Under the pieces are notes generated by a model. It did not search any database and was not told where the DNA came from. It saw only the letters and a list, made by a program, of their open reading frames with translations. A DNA stretch of 64,000 bases from Candidatus Aminicenantes bacterium (GTDB lineage Bacteria > Acidobacteriota > Aminicenantia > Aminicenantales > JAFGBC01). The position numbers and the translations under genes were made by a program. Shown here piece after piece: positions 1 to 10,436 of the stretch (position 1 is the stretch's first letter; every line of letters starts with the position of its first letter). The stretch lies in the NCBI GenBank assembly GCA_963702005.1, contig OY969696.1:2304001-2368000 (forward strand), read 5' to 3'.

Positions 1-8
1 AATCCATA

Positions 9-1151
9 ATGTTCAAGGAAAATGGTCCCAAAGTCATGATCGCATTTTATAAGGTTTGGCCGCCTGAATGCGGCGCAGCTGTAGTAAGCTATCATCTAGC
101 AAGAAATATTATTAGCCCGGTTGAATTGATCCAGTTGGCTAGCGGAAAAAGAATAACGTCCAGACCGCATGGATTCAAATTAGTAGATATCTCAGGGCTT
201 CCTGAAAATAAAGTATTCAAGGCGGCATGGATAATCGTTCAATTGCCTCGCATAGTGCGTTTATTAATGAAAAGGAAACCCTCCAATTTAATTTTCGAGG
301 GTGCGGCCTGGAGCTTCTATTATGTTGTACTTTTTTGGCTCTTACGATTGTTCAAATTGAAATGTCCAATACTCTATCATGCGCATAATGTCGAGTACTT
401 ATTAAGGCGGGGCAAAAATCATTGGCTCACGACGATAATAAGTAAATGGTCGGAAGGCTATCTCCTTAAAAAGGCAAATTATTCTTTCGCAGTCTCGGAC
501 GTTGATGCGGCAATATTTAATAAATTATATAAGGTTTATCCGAAAATATTGCCAAATGGAATTGACCCGGAACTTTATGAAAAGATCACCTCTAAAGATA
601 TTATTAAAATAAAAAATAAATATCATCTTTCCAATCCGATTGTTTTATTCATGGGGCTCATGGGATTTCCTCCAAACGATGAAGCGATTGAGTACTTAAT
701 TGAAAAGGTTATGCCTATTATCCTTTCTAAGGATTCGTCGGTTCGTTTGGTATTGCTCGGTGGAAAAGCTAAATATACCTTACCGTGGATAATAAATCCT
801 GGAAGAATACCGTTTGAAGATGTTCCCGCGATGATCATGGCATCCGACATCTGTGCAGCGCCGGTTTTCTCTGGATCGGGCACAAAATTAAAAGTCCTCG
901 AATATCTAGCCGCAGGTAAACCAGTTGTTTCAACAAACAAAGGAATAGAGGGGATTAAGGTAAGACCAGGAAAAGATTTAATCGTGGTGGAGACCGCTAA
1001 GGAATTTGCGGAGGCTATTCTCCTCCTAAAAGAAAAAAAAGAATTCGCTTCGAGCTTAGGTGTAAGCGGAAAAAGATGGATAAATAAATATTACTCTTGG
1101 GAAAGCATTGTCGGAGAGATGAACAGAATTTTAGAGAAATCTAAATATTAA
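9..1151 (+). CDS. GT4 family glycosyltransferase
   Basis: GT-B C-terminal motif GTKLKVLEYLAAGKPVVS; HAHNVE; polysaccharide locus. Confidence 0.85.
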   Translation: MFKENGPKVMIAFYKVWPPECGAAVVSYHLARNIISPVELIQLASGKRITSRPHGFKLVDISGLPENKVFKAAWIIVQLPRIVRLLMKRKPSNLIFEGAAWSFYYVVLFWLLRLFKLKCPILYHAHNVEYLLRRGKNHWLTTIISKWSEGYLLKKANYSFAVSDVDAAIFNKLYKVYPKILPNGIDPELYEKITSKDIIKIKNKYHLSNPIVLFMGLMGFPPNDEAIEYLIEKVMPIILSKDSSVRLVLLGGKAKYTLPWIINPGRIPFEDVPAMIMASDICAAPVFSGSGTKLKVLEYLAAGKPVVSTNKGIEGIKVRPGKDLIVVETAKEFAEAILLLKEKKEFASSLGVSGKRWINKYYSWESIVGEMNRILEKSKY

Positions 1152-1163
1152 GTAAGAATTCCG

Positions 1164-1946
1164 ATGTTAAAAAAATATATCTGGAATAAATTATCGAGAG
1201 TTCTTCCAAATAAGGCCACGCAATTTGTCTGGAATAGATACTACTACGGGCTTATTAGGAATTATTCTGAAGAAACGATCTTCGATTTTCTAATCATTAA
1301 AGATTTAATCGATGTTGGAGATTGGGCAGTGGATATCGGTGCTCATGCGGGCGTTTATACAAAATATCTTTCAAAATATGTGGGACAATCTGGGCGCGTT
1401 TTTAGTTTTGAGCCGGTTCAAATGACATTCCAGGCACTCTCCAATACAGTGAAAAAGCTCAAATTGCATAACGTGAGTCTTTTTCAACTCGCCTTATCTA
1501 ACCAAGCTTCGAAAGGATGTATGGTAATCCCATTCGACCAGAATGGGAATAAAGATTACTATGGCGCAACGTTCTTTGAAGAATGTAGAGATCCACTCAG
1601 GGGAGAACCCGTACAATCCGAAACCCTGGATAATATCCTATTGGCAAAAAGCCGAAGAATAAGCTTCATTAAGTGCGATGTGGAAGGGAATGAGCTTAAC
1701 GTCCTGGCGGGGGGGCATAGGATTATCAGCAGGTTCCGACCAGCTCTTCTTATCGAAGTGAAAAACAACAAAAAAACGCTTGATGCTCTCCTTTCACCCC
1801 TTGGATATTACGGCTACGAAATCGCTAAGATTGAGCCTGTTGATCCGAAATACCGAGGAATTGACAATAGCGAAAACGTATTCTATCTCTGCGGCGACCA
1901 TTTGAAAAAGCTGTCAAGGAATCGATATTGGAGAATAAAAGATTAG
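1164..1946 (+). CDS. FkbM family methyltransferase
   Basis: VDIGAHAG, SFEP and IKCDVEGNE motifs. Confidence 0.9.
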   Translation: MLKKYIWNKLSRVLPNKATQFVWNRYYYGLIRNYSEETIFDFLIIKDLIDVGDWAVDIGAHAGVYTKYLSKYVGQSGRVFSFEPVQMTFQALSNTVKKLKLHNVSLFQLALSNQASKGCMVIPFDQNGNKDYYGATFFEECRDPLRGEPVQSETLDNILLAKSRRISFIKCDVEGNELNVLAGGHRIISRFRPALLIEVKNNKKTLDALLSPLGYYGYEIAKIEPVDPKYRGIDNSENVFYLCGDHLKKLSRNRYWRIKD

Positions 1947-1972
1947 GTTTATCTATTGAAAACTCGTTTCTT

Positions 1973-3307
1973 ATGAAGAATATCATATTGCAGCTGATCA
2001 AGAAAACAATCTTGAGAAAATCGAGATCTATAGTTTTTACATCTTATCTGGGTCTGCTTGCCTCCATGAACATGCTCTTGGCTTTCCTTTATCAATGGTA
2101 TGTCGCCAAGCAAAAGGGCCCCGGCGTTGAAACGGACGCCCTTTTTGCCGGAATGATCTTTCCCCAGGTCGTATTAGCAATTTTTAGCACTTCTTTCAGC
2201 AATGTGATAATTCCTCTCTTGGCCAATAAAAAAGAAGAAGATTTCCATAAAGACGCATGGAACTATTTCAGCCTTTGTGGATTCTTTTTTATAGGATTGT
2301 CCTTAATACTATTTTCTTGTGCGAATTATTGGGTCAAATGGATAGTTCCAGGATTTAATGCTGATGGTATTCGCTTAACTGTTTTGCTGACGCGCATTCA
2401 ACTAATCGGACTTGTATTTACCGCATTAACGGGGATTTTATGGGCGGTAAATCAAGCCAGACACCGGTTCATATATGTTGAAACAAGCGCAATTTGTGCA
2501 AATATACTGGGATTTTGCTTTTTGATTTGGGGTATAAAGCACTTCGGAATACTCGCAGCGGCCTGGGCGCTAAATATTCGAATGCTGTTCCAGGTTATTT
2601 TTTTATTCCCAAGCATGGGTCGATATCATAGATTCCGTTGGCGAAGCCCAGCGAATAAAATATTTTGGAAAAAGCTGCATCCTCTTCTTTTAGGCGCCAG
2701 CTATTCGAAAACAGAGTTAGTTGTAGATAGGTTTTTTGCTTCTTTAGCCCCGCGGGGGATATTAACCCTATACCACCTTTCTCAGCAGTTTTATGGAGCC
2801 ATCACTACCATAATAGGCAAAGCTTTCACAAATCCGATTGTGCCTATCCTTTCTAAACATGCTCACAAGACAGAGTGGCCGCAATTCAATTCGCTCTACT
2901 TGCGAAGGCTCGCCAAGGTTATTCTTGTAACGTTAATAGGTATTACTTTCGTTGTTGTATTAGGTCAGCCCGTTCTGGCTTTTATTTTCAGAAACAGGCA
3001 ATTTACTTCAAAAAATATTAGAGAGCTATGGCTGTTGTTAATTGCTTTGGCGATGGGGTTTATTGGGAATTCGGTTTGTCAAGTCCTGGCGGCAAGTTTT
3101 TATGCCATGGGCAACACTAAGACACCGACGCGAATAGGCGTGTTCAGTTTTACTCTTGGTTTGCTGTTGAAAATTCTGGGGTTTTATCTGGCCGGGATCA
3201 TTGGATTAGCGATTGGAACAAGTATTTATTCTGCCTTGAATGCGATATTGTTATTCATCTATCTGCAGAAGCATCTGGAATCATCGAGGAGTATTGTCCG
3301 TATATGA
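1973..3307 (+). CDS. MurJ/MviN-like (MOP) flippase, probably serving the polysaccharide cluster
   Basis: Multi-TM; G..TDALFAG, VPGF, FYAMGNTKTP motifs; start uncertain (TTG 1928 or ATG 1973). Confidence 0.8.
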   Translation: MKNIILQLIKKTILRKSRSIVFTSYLGLLASMNMLLAFLYQWYVAKQKGPGVETDALFAGMIFPQVVLAIFSTSFSNVIIPLLANKKEEDFHKDAWNYFSLCGFFFIGLSLILFSCANYWVKWIVPGFNADGIRLTVLLTRIQLIGLVFTALTGILWAVNQARHRFIYVETSAICANILGFCFLIWGIKHFGILAAAWALNIRMLFQVIFLFPSMGRYHRFRWRSPANKIFWKKLHPLLLGASYSKTELVVDRFFASLAPRGILTLYHLSQQFYGAITTIIGKAFTNPIVPILSKHAHKTEWPQFNSLYLRRLAKVILVTLIGITFVVVLGQPVLAFIFRNRQFTSKNIRELWLLLIALAMGFIGNSVCQVLAASFYAMGNTKTPTRIGVFSFTLGLLLKILGFYLAGIIGLAIGTSIYSALNAILLFIYLQKHLESSRSIVRI

Positions 3308-3317
3308 AGGACCTATC

Positions 3318-4229
3318 ATGAGAACAACTGTTTTAAATACGGACTATATCCTAGTTACGGTTGTTTACAATGAAGAAAATAGGCTTCCTCGTCTAATTGA
3401 AACAGTTATGAACCAAACGATAAAACCTTTGAAGTGGATGATTGTCAGCGACGGGTCAACCGATCGAACAGATGAGATAATCCAAAATTCCAGTAAAACG
3501 TGTGATTTTATTTGCTATGGGAGGCAAGAGAAAAAGAAGGAATATGCAAATCGGCTAGAGAAAGTGACGATTGCTCAAGCCCGCGCCATGGAATTGGCGA
3601 GGGATTTATTTCAGAACATGGCTTATGGATTTATTGGCAATCTTGATGTTGATATTACTCTTGTTCCCGACTATTACGAGCGCCTAATTAAGCGATGTGC
3701 GTTAGAGCCAGATTTAGGTATTGTCGGGGGCGGGGTTTATAATATGGATAAGTTCGGAGTCCAGATTCCTGGGGGTTTTTTAAAGTCGGAATTCGTGGGA
3801 GGGCCTATTCAACTGTTTCGAAAGGCATGCAGCGATGATATCGGAGGATATGCGCCTTATGGCCACGCGGATGTCATCGCGATCGTGAAAGCAAAAATGC
3901 GAGGATGGAAGGTTAGATGTTATCCCGAAATTCGGGCTTTCCAGCACGAGATGCCCCGATATACTTTTAGGGAGAAGATTCCGGATTGTTTTGAGATGGG
4001 CAAGTTTGATTACATCATGGGGAGTCTTTTCATTTTTCAAGTAAGCCGAGTCTTTTATAACATTTTCAAGAAACCCTATGTCATCGCCGCTGTTTCTCTT
4101 TGGGCAGGATATTGCTGGGCCTTCCTCAGCGGACAAAGAAAGACAGTTCCAAATAAATTGCGTGTACAGATGCACAAAGAACAACTGGAAAAAATGAAGA
4201 ACTTTTTCAAAAAGAATATGACCTTATGA
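3318..4229 (+). CDS. GT2 family glycosyltransferase
   Basis: VYNEE, SDGSTD and DxD (LDVD) motifs; ATG after GAAGGA. Confidence 0.85.
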   Translation: MRTTVLNTDYILVTVVYNEENRLPRLIETVMNQTIKPLKWMIVSDGSTDRTDEIIQNSSKTCDFICYGRQEKKKEYANRLEKVTIAQARAMELARDLFQNMAYGFIGNLDVDITLVPDYYERLIKRCALEPDLGIVGGGVYNMDKFGVQIPGGFLKSEFVGGPIQLFRKACSDDIGGYAPYGHADVIAIVKAKMRGWKVRCYPEIRAFQHEMPRYTFREKIPDCFEMGKFDYIMGSLFIFQVSRVFYNIFKKPYVIAAVSLWAGYCWAFLSGQRKTVPNKLRVQMHKEQLEKMKNFFKKNMTL

Positions 4230-5518
4230 GAATTAAGAGTCCTCGAGTTCTGGTTTCCGCCTACGCCTGCAACCCTGAAGGATCGCTACAGCTTCATCCC
4301 GGGGAGGATTTGACCGGCTGGAAGATCGTCGGGCAGCTGGGCCGCCGGTTCGACGTTTGGGTCATCACGCATAGCTATAACCGGCGGGGGATCGAGGCTG
4401 CCTCCCCTCAAGACAAACCCCCGCAGGTCAGGTTCATTTATGTCGATCTTCCACCCTGGCTCCGCTGGCTCTACCGCATCGAATTCGCTCAACGGATCTA
4501 TTACTACCTGTGGCAGATCAAGGCCTGGCGAGTCGCTGTCGGCCTCCATAATGACGTCCATTTCGATGCCGCCCAGCACGTGACGTTCGGAAATTATTGG
4601 ATTGGGAGTTTCATCGGAGCTTTCTTGCCCGTACCCTTTATTTGGGGGCCCGTCGGAGGCGGACAACAAACGCCTCCGGGGCTTCTCAAAGAGTACTCAT
4701 TCTACGGCGTTTTAGCCGAACGATTCCGGGCTGGCGCGCAATGGATCGGCCTTCATATTCTGTTGTCGAGACGGCTTTGTCTCAAGCGGGCCAAAACGAT
4801 CTTGGTCTGTAATTATGAGACGAAAAAAAATATTCCGGTCAAGTATGCCGACAAAGTCCGATTATTTCCGGTCAACGGCATTTCTCAAGAAGATCTGAAA
4901 GCACCTGATGGGAGCCAAAGGGGACGGGATAAATTCAGAGTGATAACCACGGGGCGCTTTGTCCGTTTGAAAGGATTTGCGTTGGCGATTCGAGCTTTTT
5001 CTCGTTTTATTAAGGACGCTCCGGACGCCGAATTTGAAATCATCGGGAACGGTCCCGAAGAAGGACGGTTGAAGGCTTTAGCGCGAGAACTGGGGATTCA
5101 GGATCGAGTCCTTTTCCGGGGCTGGCTGCCGAGATCCGAGGTCCTGGCTCATATGCGGCAAGCCGATGTGTTCTTGTTCCCCAGCTTTCGAGACGGCGGG
5201 GGCGCGGTTGTGGCCGAAGCGATGGCCTCGGGTCTTCCCGTTATCGTCATTGACAGCGGGGGGCCGGGATTCTATGTCGAACCGCCCTGGGGGATCAAGG
5301 TCGAGCCTCGGGATCCCGAGTCCTCGGTTGGCGAGATGACGGTTGCTCTCGCGACTCTCTACCGAGATCGAAAGCTTTTAGCCAAGATGGGAACCGCCGG
5401 GCGCGCGAGGGCCGAGGACTATTTTCTGTGGGATAAGCTCGGCGAAAGACTGAATACGATCTATCAAGAAGCTTTAGGACAAGAAGCGTCTCGCGGATCG
5501 GATGGACCTCGATGCTGA
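4226..5518 (+). CDS. GT4 family glycosyltransferase
   Basis: VLVSAYAC N-terminus; FLFPSFRDGGGAVVAEAMASGLPV. Confidence 0.88.
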   Translation: MRIKSPRVLVSAYACNPEGSLQLHPGEDLTGWKIVGQLGRRFDVWVITHSYNRRGIEAASPQDKPPQVRFIYVDLPPWLRWLYRIEFAQRIYYYLWQIKAWRVAVGLHNDVHFDAAQHVTFGNYWIGSFIGAFLPVPFIWGPVGGGQQTPPGLLKEYSFYGVLAERFRAGAQWIGLHILLSRRLCLKRAKTILVCNYETKKNIPVKYADKVRLFPVNGISQEDLKAPDGSQRGRDKFRVITTGRFVRLKGFALAIRAFSRFIKDAPDAEFEIIGNGPEEGRLKALARELGIQDRVLFRGWLPRSEVLAHMRQADVFLFPSFRDGGGAVVAEAMASGLPVIVIDSGGPGFYVEPPWGIKVEPRDPESSVGEMTVALATLYRDRKLLAKMGTAGRARAEDYFLWDKLGERLNTIYQEALGQEASRGSDGPRC

Positions 5519-6708
5519 TCACGATCATCTTGTGGCTGCTAGTCTGGGGCGGGATGTTCTCGGATCCCATCAACCTCAAAGCCCCAAATCTCTTGACAAG
5601 CCCTTTCGCCTTTTTTCAGGGCGTAAGGTCTATGCTTCCCATTTTGGTCGTCTATCTGGTTTTGCTCTGGATCCTGGCTGCCAAGGCCCGCTATCCTTTC
5701 ATACGGGCGCCTCTCCAATTTCTGCTCTACTACTGCGGCCTGGGAATCGTTGTCTCCCTCTTCCTGTCTCCCGCCGTCCTGACTTCCCTTTACTGGGCGG
5801 GCCTTTATTTGTCTCCGATTCTCGTGATCTGGTTCATGTCCGAACGAAAAGATCCGCTCGATATTCTTCGAAAACTTATCTATGTCAACTACGGGATCTT
5901 TGTTCTCATCACCATGATGCTGTTCCCCGAAAGTTATCGTGGTCCGAGAATGGATCCGACTCGGGTTCAATTCTATAATCTTCCGTTTAACCTCGGGACT
6001 ATGAGGGTTAATGGGGCCGGGCGATTTGCTTTGGTCGTGATCATCATTTCAACGGTCAGGTTCCTCTCGAGCAGGAGTAAGAAACGATACTTCTGGATTC
6101 CGCTTGTAATACCTTCGTTTTATATGTTGGCCAGGACTCAATCTCGCACCGCGCTTTTAGGCTTGGCGGTGGCCGGCGCGCTTTTCATATTCATGAAACA
6201 CCCCGATTGGCGGCTGTTATTCGCGGGTCCGGCTGCCGCCTACGTCATTTGGCTCTCGGGATTTAAATGGCGGGCCCAGGGGCGTTTCGGGGGACTTATC
6301 AGTCTCACCGGCAGGGAACTGACCTGGGAGAGGGCTATCTCCCAGATCAAACAATCCCCATTCTTGGGCTGGGGGTTTAACGCCGATCGGATATTGCTCA
6401 ACGCGGAACACATGCACAACTCCTATCTCCATGCCATGATTCATGCCGGGATTTTGGGGACCGTGCTTTTTACCGTGGGATTTATCGTGGCTTGGTCTCT
6501 GATTATAAAATCCAAGATCTTATATCGCGCGCGCTATACCTCAATGCCCGATCAAGCTCTTCTCATGGAGTCCGTGATGATCTTTGGCTTCTTATCGTCG
6601 CGGAGTTTCTTCGAATCCACCGGAGCCTTCTATGGCGTCGACCTACTTCTCCTAGTCCCGGCCATGACCTTTATCCACCTTTGGACCGTGAACAATCCTC
6701 AATCCTGA
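5512..6708 (+). CDS. O-antigen ligase/Wzy polymerase family membrane protein
   Basis: About 10 TM segments; TQSRT, LTGR..W, PFLGWG, HMHNSY motifs. Confidence 0.85.
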   Translation: MLITIILWLLVWGGMFSDPINLKAPNLLTSPFAFFQGVRSMLPILVVYLVLLWILAAKARYPFIRAPLQFLLYYCGLGIVVSLFLSPAVLTSLYWAGLYLSPILVIWFMSERKDPLDILRKLIYVNYGIFVLITMMLFPESYRGPRMDPTRVQFYNLPFNLGTMRVNGAGRFALVVIIISTVRFLSSRSKKRYFWIPLVIPSFYMLARTQSRTALLGLAVAGALFIFMKHPDWRLLFAGPAAAYVIWLSGFKWRAQGRFGGLISLTGRELTWERAISQIKQSPFLGWGFNADRILLNAEHMHNSYLHAMIHAGILGTVLFTVGFIVAWSLIIKSKILYRARYTSMPDQALLMESVMIFGFLSSRSFFESTGAFYGVDLLLLVPAMTFIHLWTVNNPQS

Positions 6709-6715
6709 CCGTGCC

Positions 6716-7921
6716 ATGAAAATCTCCATCCACACCATGTACTTCCTCCCCGACTTCGGAAGCGCGCCCATCCTCATGAACGAGCTGGCCGCCGGCCTGG
6801 CTGCGCGAGGCCATAAGGTCGAGGTCGTCGCGACAATCCCCCGGGAAAGGGGAGACCGTTTCCGATGGACGATTCATTGCGTGGAACGAAAGGACGGCTT
6901 CATCGTCCATCGTTTCCGGACTAACGCGAACCCCAGACCGTTCCGGCGGCTCATGGCCTGGAATGCATACACGCTTTGGACCATACTCCACATGCCGACA
7001 TTCAAGAGGGGACAGGTCGTTTTTCTGAGGACTCCGCCCGTCCAGCTCGGCATCATGGGTTGGCTGGCGATAAGACTCAAAGGCGTCAAGGTCCTCCTCA
7101 ACGTCCAGGACATCCATCCCGACCTGTCCATCGAGTCCGGGATCCTCAAACACGGATTTTTGATCAAGCTCGCTCTCCGGTTCGAGCGCTGGGTTTACGA
7201 CAGGGCCGATCGAATCGCGGTCATCAGCGAAGGATTCAAATCCAATCTCCTGGCCAAAGGAGTCGATCCGGAGAAGCTCGACGTCATCCCCAATTGGGTG
7301 GATACCGATCTCCTCAAGCCGCATCCCAAGGACAACCCCGTCGCCCGCAAGTACGGCTTCGAATCCAAATTTGTAGCCATGTACTCCGGCACGATCTCCA
7401 TCAGCAGCAACCTGGCCCTGGAACTCATCCTGGAGGCGGCCGCCCTCCTCAGGGATGATCCCGACATCCTGATCGTCCTGGTCGGGGAGGGGACCAAGAA
7501 GCCGGAACTCGAAGCGCGGGCGCGTAGCCTCGGCCTGACCAACGTTCGTTTCCTGCCCTTCCAGCCATATGAGGATCTTCCGCTCTCTCTCAGCGCGGCC
7601 GACGTCCTCCTCGTCCCCCTCGACAAGGAAAAATCTCATCTCTCGGTTCCCTCCAAGCTCTACAATTTCATGGCAGCCGGGCGCCCCGTCCTGGGCCTTG
7701 CCGTCGAGGATTCCGAGGTCGCCCGGATCATCCGGGAGACGAAATGCGGCGTCTGCGCTCCTCCCGACGACACCAGGGCGATCGCGGCCGCATTGAGGAC
7801 GCTAAAAGCCTCTCCGGCGGAGCGGCGCGCTCAAGGCGAGAACGGCCGGCGCCATGTCGTCGAACATTTCGCTAAGGATATGATCCTCGATAGATACGAG
7901 AAGCTGATGGCCTCACTCTGA
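6716..7921 (+). CDS. GT4 glycosyltransferase (WbuB/WcaI-like)
   Basis: QDIHP, IPNWVD, VPSKLYNFMAAGRPV motifs. Confidence 0.88.
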   Translation: MKISIHTMYFLPDFGSAPILMNELAAGLAARGHKVEVVATIPRERGDRFRWTIHCVERKDGFIVHRFRTNANPRPFRRLMAWNAYTLWTILHMPTFKRGQVVFLRTPPVQLGIMGWLAIRLKGVKVLLNVQDIHPDLSIESGILKHGFLIKLALRFERWVYDRADRIAVISEGFKSNLLAKGVDPEKLDVIPNWVDTDLLKPHPKDNPVARKYGFESKFVAMYSGTISISSNLALELILEAAALLRDDPDILIVLVGEGTKKPELEARARSLGLTNVRFLPFQPYEDLPLSLSAADVLLVPLDKEKSHLSVPSKLYNFMAAGRPVLGLAVEDSEVARIIRETKCGVCAPPDDTRAIAAALRTLKASPAERRAQGENGRRHVVEHFAKDMILDRYEKLMASL

Positions 7922-7930
7922 TTAAGAGCC

Positions 7931-9016
7931 ATGAAAAAGTTCATCAAGTACTGGGTTCCGCCGATCCTGTGGATGGCTTTCATGTTTCCCGTCGGGAATA
8001 AAGTTTTCGCCAGCCCCTGGCTGTATCGATTGGTGTATTGGCTGGGACCCAAGATCGTCCCCGGGATCGGCTTCGATACTCTCGGGACGATTTATATCGT
8101 CATCCGCAAGACGATGCACGTCATGGAGTACGCGATCCTCGCCTACCTCCTCTACCGGGCCTTCCGGAGAGGCCGGCCCCGGCGCTGGAGCTTCCGCTGG
8201 GCTGCCCAAGCGGCCTCGATCGCAGTGCCGTTCGGGTTTCTTGACGAGTACCTCCAGTCCTTCGTCCCCAACCGGCGAGGCTCTCCGCTGGACTGGGGGA
8301 TCGATTCCGCGGGGATCATTCTGGCCTTGGCGGCCGTAGGACTCAGGAACGGGACCGGCAACAAAAGCGAGGCGGGACCGGTGAATCCGAATTTCAACGA
8401 TAAGGGGCTTTGGCTCAAGCGCCTGTTCGATATCGCCCTGTCTTCGTTCGGGATCATCATCTCCTCGCCGCTCTGGGTCCTGTTCGGATTCCTAGTTTGG
8501 GTCCAGGACCGGGGCCCGGTGTTTTACACCCAGGAACGGGTAGGGAAGGACGGCCGTATCTTTAGGGCCTTCAAGTTCCGGTCCATGATCAAGGATGCCG
8601 AGAGAGAAGCCGGGCCTGTTCAGGCCGTGGAGAACGATCCGCGCGTGACTAAGATCGGCCGAATCCTAAGGGCGACGGCCATGGACGAGCTCCCCCAGAT
8701 CTGGAATATCCTCAAGGGCGACATGAGCTTCGTCGGACCCCGGGCCTTGCGTCCCGCTGAGAAGGAAGTCCACGGCGACGGCACCTCGGTCTCCATCAGT
8801 GAAATTCCTGGCTATGGCGAGCGTTATCGAGTCCGTCCGGGCCTGACGGGGCTCGCCCAGGTCTATTTGCCGGGCGAAGCGCCCCGCCACAAGAAATTCG
8901 AATACGACCTGCTCTATATCGAGACGCGCTCCTTCGGGCTCGACCTCAAGACGATCTTTCTCTCGTTCTGGATCACGTTCCGGGGGAAGTGGGAATCCAG
9001 GGAGAAGAAGGTCTGA
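7931..9016 (+). CDS. VanZ-domain / priming sugar-phosphate transferase fusion
   Basis: N-half RK..H..EY and DEYLQSFVPNR (VanZ); C-half KRLFD, FKFRSM, DELPQIWNILKGDMSFVGPR. Confidence 0.85.
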   Translation: MKKFIKYWVPPILWMAFMFPVGNKVFASPWLYRLVYWLGPKIVPGIGFDTLGTIYIVIRKTMHVMEYAILAYLLYRAFRRGRPRRWSFRWAAQAASIAVPFGFLDEYLQSFVPNRRGSPLDWGIDSAGIILALAAVGLRNGTGNKSEAGPVNPNFNDKGLWLKRLFDIALSSFGIIISSPLWVLFGFLVWVQDRGPVFYTQERVGKDGRIFRAFKFRSMIKDAEREAGPVQAVENDPRVTKIGRILRATAMDELPQIWNILKGDMSFVGPRALRPAEKEVHGDGTSVSISEIPGYGERYRVRPGLTGLAQVYLPGEAPRHKKFEYDLLYIETRSFGLDLKTIFLSFWITFRGKWESREKKV

Positions 9017-9096
9017 AGTTTGACTTCCAGGGAGGAATGGCGAATAATAATCCGTAAAGTAGGGTTTTATACTCTTTTAGCTCAGAAAAAAAAGCG

Positions 9097-10284
9097 ATGA
9101 CGAAAAGAAGTGATGTCTTGGTCGTCGGCGGCGGACCGAGCGGGCTGTGTCTGGCCCGGGAGCTCGCCGCGAGCGGCCTCGATGTCCGCGTCCTCGAGAA
9201 GAAGGATGAGATCGGGAAGGACGTCTTGTGCACCGGGATCGTGGGGAAGATGGTTTTTCCGGAGTTCGGCCTTCAGACCGATTCGGTCCGTGCCGAGATC
9301 GGCGATGTGCGCCTCGTTTCGCCGGGCGGGAACGCGCTCGTTTACCGCCATCCCCATGCTTTCGCCCGCGTCGTCGACAGGGGCCTTTTCGATAAGGCCC
9401 TGGCCGGGCAGGCCGAGACGGCCGGGGCACGGATCGAACTTAAGACTCAGGTGAACGATATCGTCCCGGATGACGAAGGCGTGAAAGTCCTTGCCCATAA
9501 CGGAGGATGGGAGCCTGCCGAGTTCCGGACCCGGATCGCCGTCCTGGCCACCGGCGTCCATCATGGGCTTCAGAAGAAGCTTGGCCTGGGTTCTGCCCGG
9601 GCGTACCTCTACGGCGCCCAAATCGAACTGGAGACGGAAAAGCCCGATGTTACGTCCATCTATTTCGGGAAGGATGTAGCGCCGGGCGGCTTCGCCTGGG
9701 TTGTCCCTTCAGGAGCGGGAAAGGCGCGTATCGGGCTCATCACCTCCTCTCATCCCAAGGCCCGCTTTTACCGTTTTATGGAATCCAGGGATTGGCAGCG
9801 AAATCGGGCCGTCGGACAGCCGCTCGGGTTCAAGGCGATCGCCCAGGGGCTGGTGTCGAAAACCTTCGGCGACCGGATTCTGGTCCTGGGGGAGGCCGCC
9901 GGCCAGGTCAAGACGACGACGGGCGGCGGCATTTATTTCGGGCTCCTCTGCTCGCGGATCGCCTCGGACGTCATTCGCCGCGCACTCGCCAGAAGCGACT
10001 GTTCCGCGAGTGGACTCGCCCCCTATGAAGCCGGCTGGCGGAAACTCCTGCGGAAGGAGATCCGGATCGGGGAAGCCGCCCGGAAGCTCCTGGCCGGGGT
10101 CTCCGACGCGCGACTGGAACGGCTCTTCGACCTGGCCAGGAACGACGGCATGATCCCGATCGTGCGCGAAAAGGGGAATTTCGACTGGCACAGCGGCCTC
10201 ATCCTGGCCCTGATCCGGCGGCTGCCCCTCTCGCTCCTGGGCCAATGGTTCCGCCGCAGGCCCGAAGGCTTGGAAGTCAATTAA
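9097..10284 (+). CDS. Geranylgeranyl reductase family FAD oxidoreductase
   Basis: VVGGGPSG Rossmann motif; PGGFAWVVP; GEAAGQVK.TTGGGIY. Confidence 0.8.
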   Translation: MTKRSDVLVVGGGPSGLCLARELAASGLDVRVLEKKDEIGKDVLCTGIVGKMVFPEFGLQTDSVRAEIGDVRLVSPGGNALVYRHPHAFARVVDRGLFDKALAGQAETAGARIELKTQVNDIVPDDEGVKVLAHNGGWEPAEFRTRIAVLATGVHHGLQKKLGLGSARAYLYGAQIELETEKPDVTSIYFGKDVAPGGFAWVVPSGAGKARIGLITSSHPKARFYRFMESRDWQRNRAVGQPLGFKAIAQGLVSKTFGDRILVLGEAAGQVKTTTGGGIYFGLLCSRIASDVIRRALARSDCSASGLAPYEAGWRKLLRKEIRIGEAARKLLAGVSDARLERLFDLARNDGMIPIVREKGNFDWHSGLILALIRRLPLSLLGQWFRRRPEGLEVN

Positions 10285-10340
10285 TTAAGCGTTCAGGCAT
10301 CATAACCCCGATACTCGGAATAATTCTTTTAGGTCATTAA

Positions 10341-10436
10341 ATGAAAAACCTCAAGGACATCCGATGGACCGCCGTCTGGCCGTGGCTGCTCCTGGCGGCC
10401 CTCGCCTATTTTCTCGCCAAGAGGATCGCCGGATGA
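10341..10436 (+). CDS. Putative 31-aa single-TM small protein (not in ORF track)
   Basis: MKNLKDIRWTAVWPWLLLAALAYFLAKRIAG; GC3-rich codons; stop overlaps next ATG (ATGA). Confidence 0.5.
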   Translation: MKNLKDIRWTAVWPWLLLAALAYFLAKRIAG

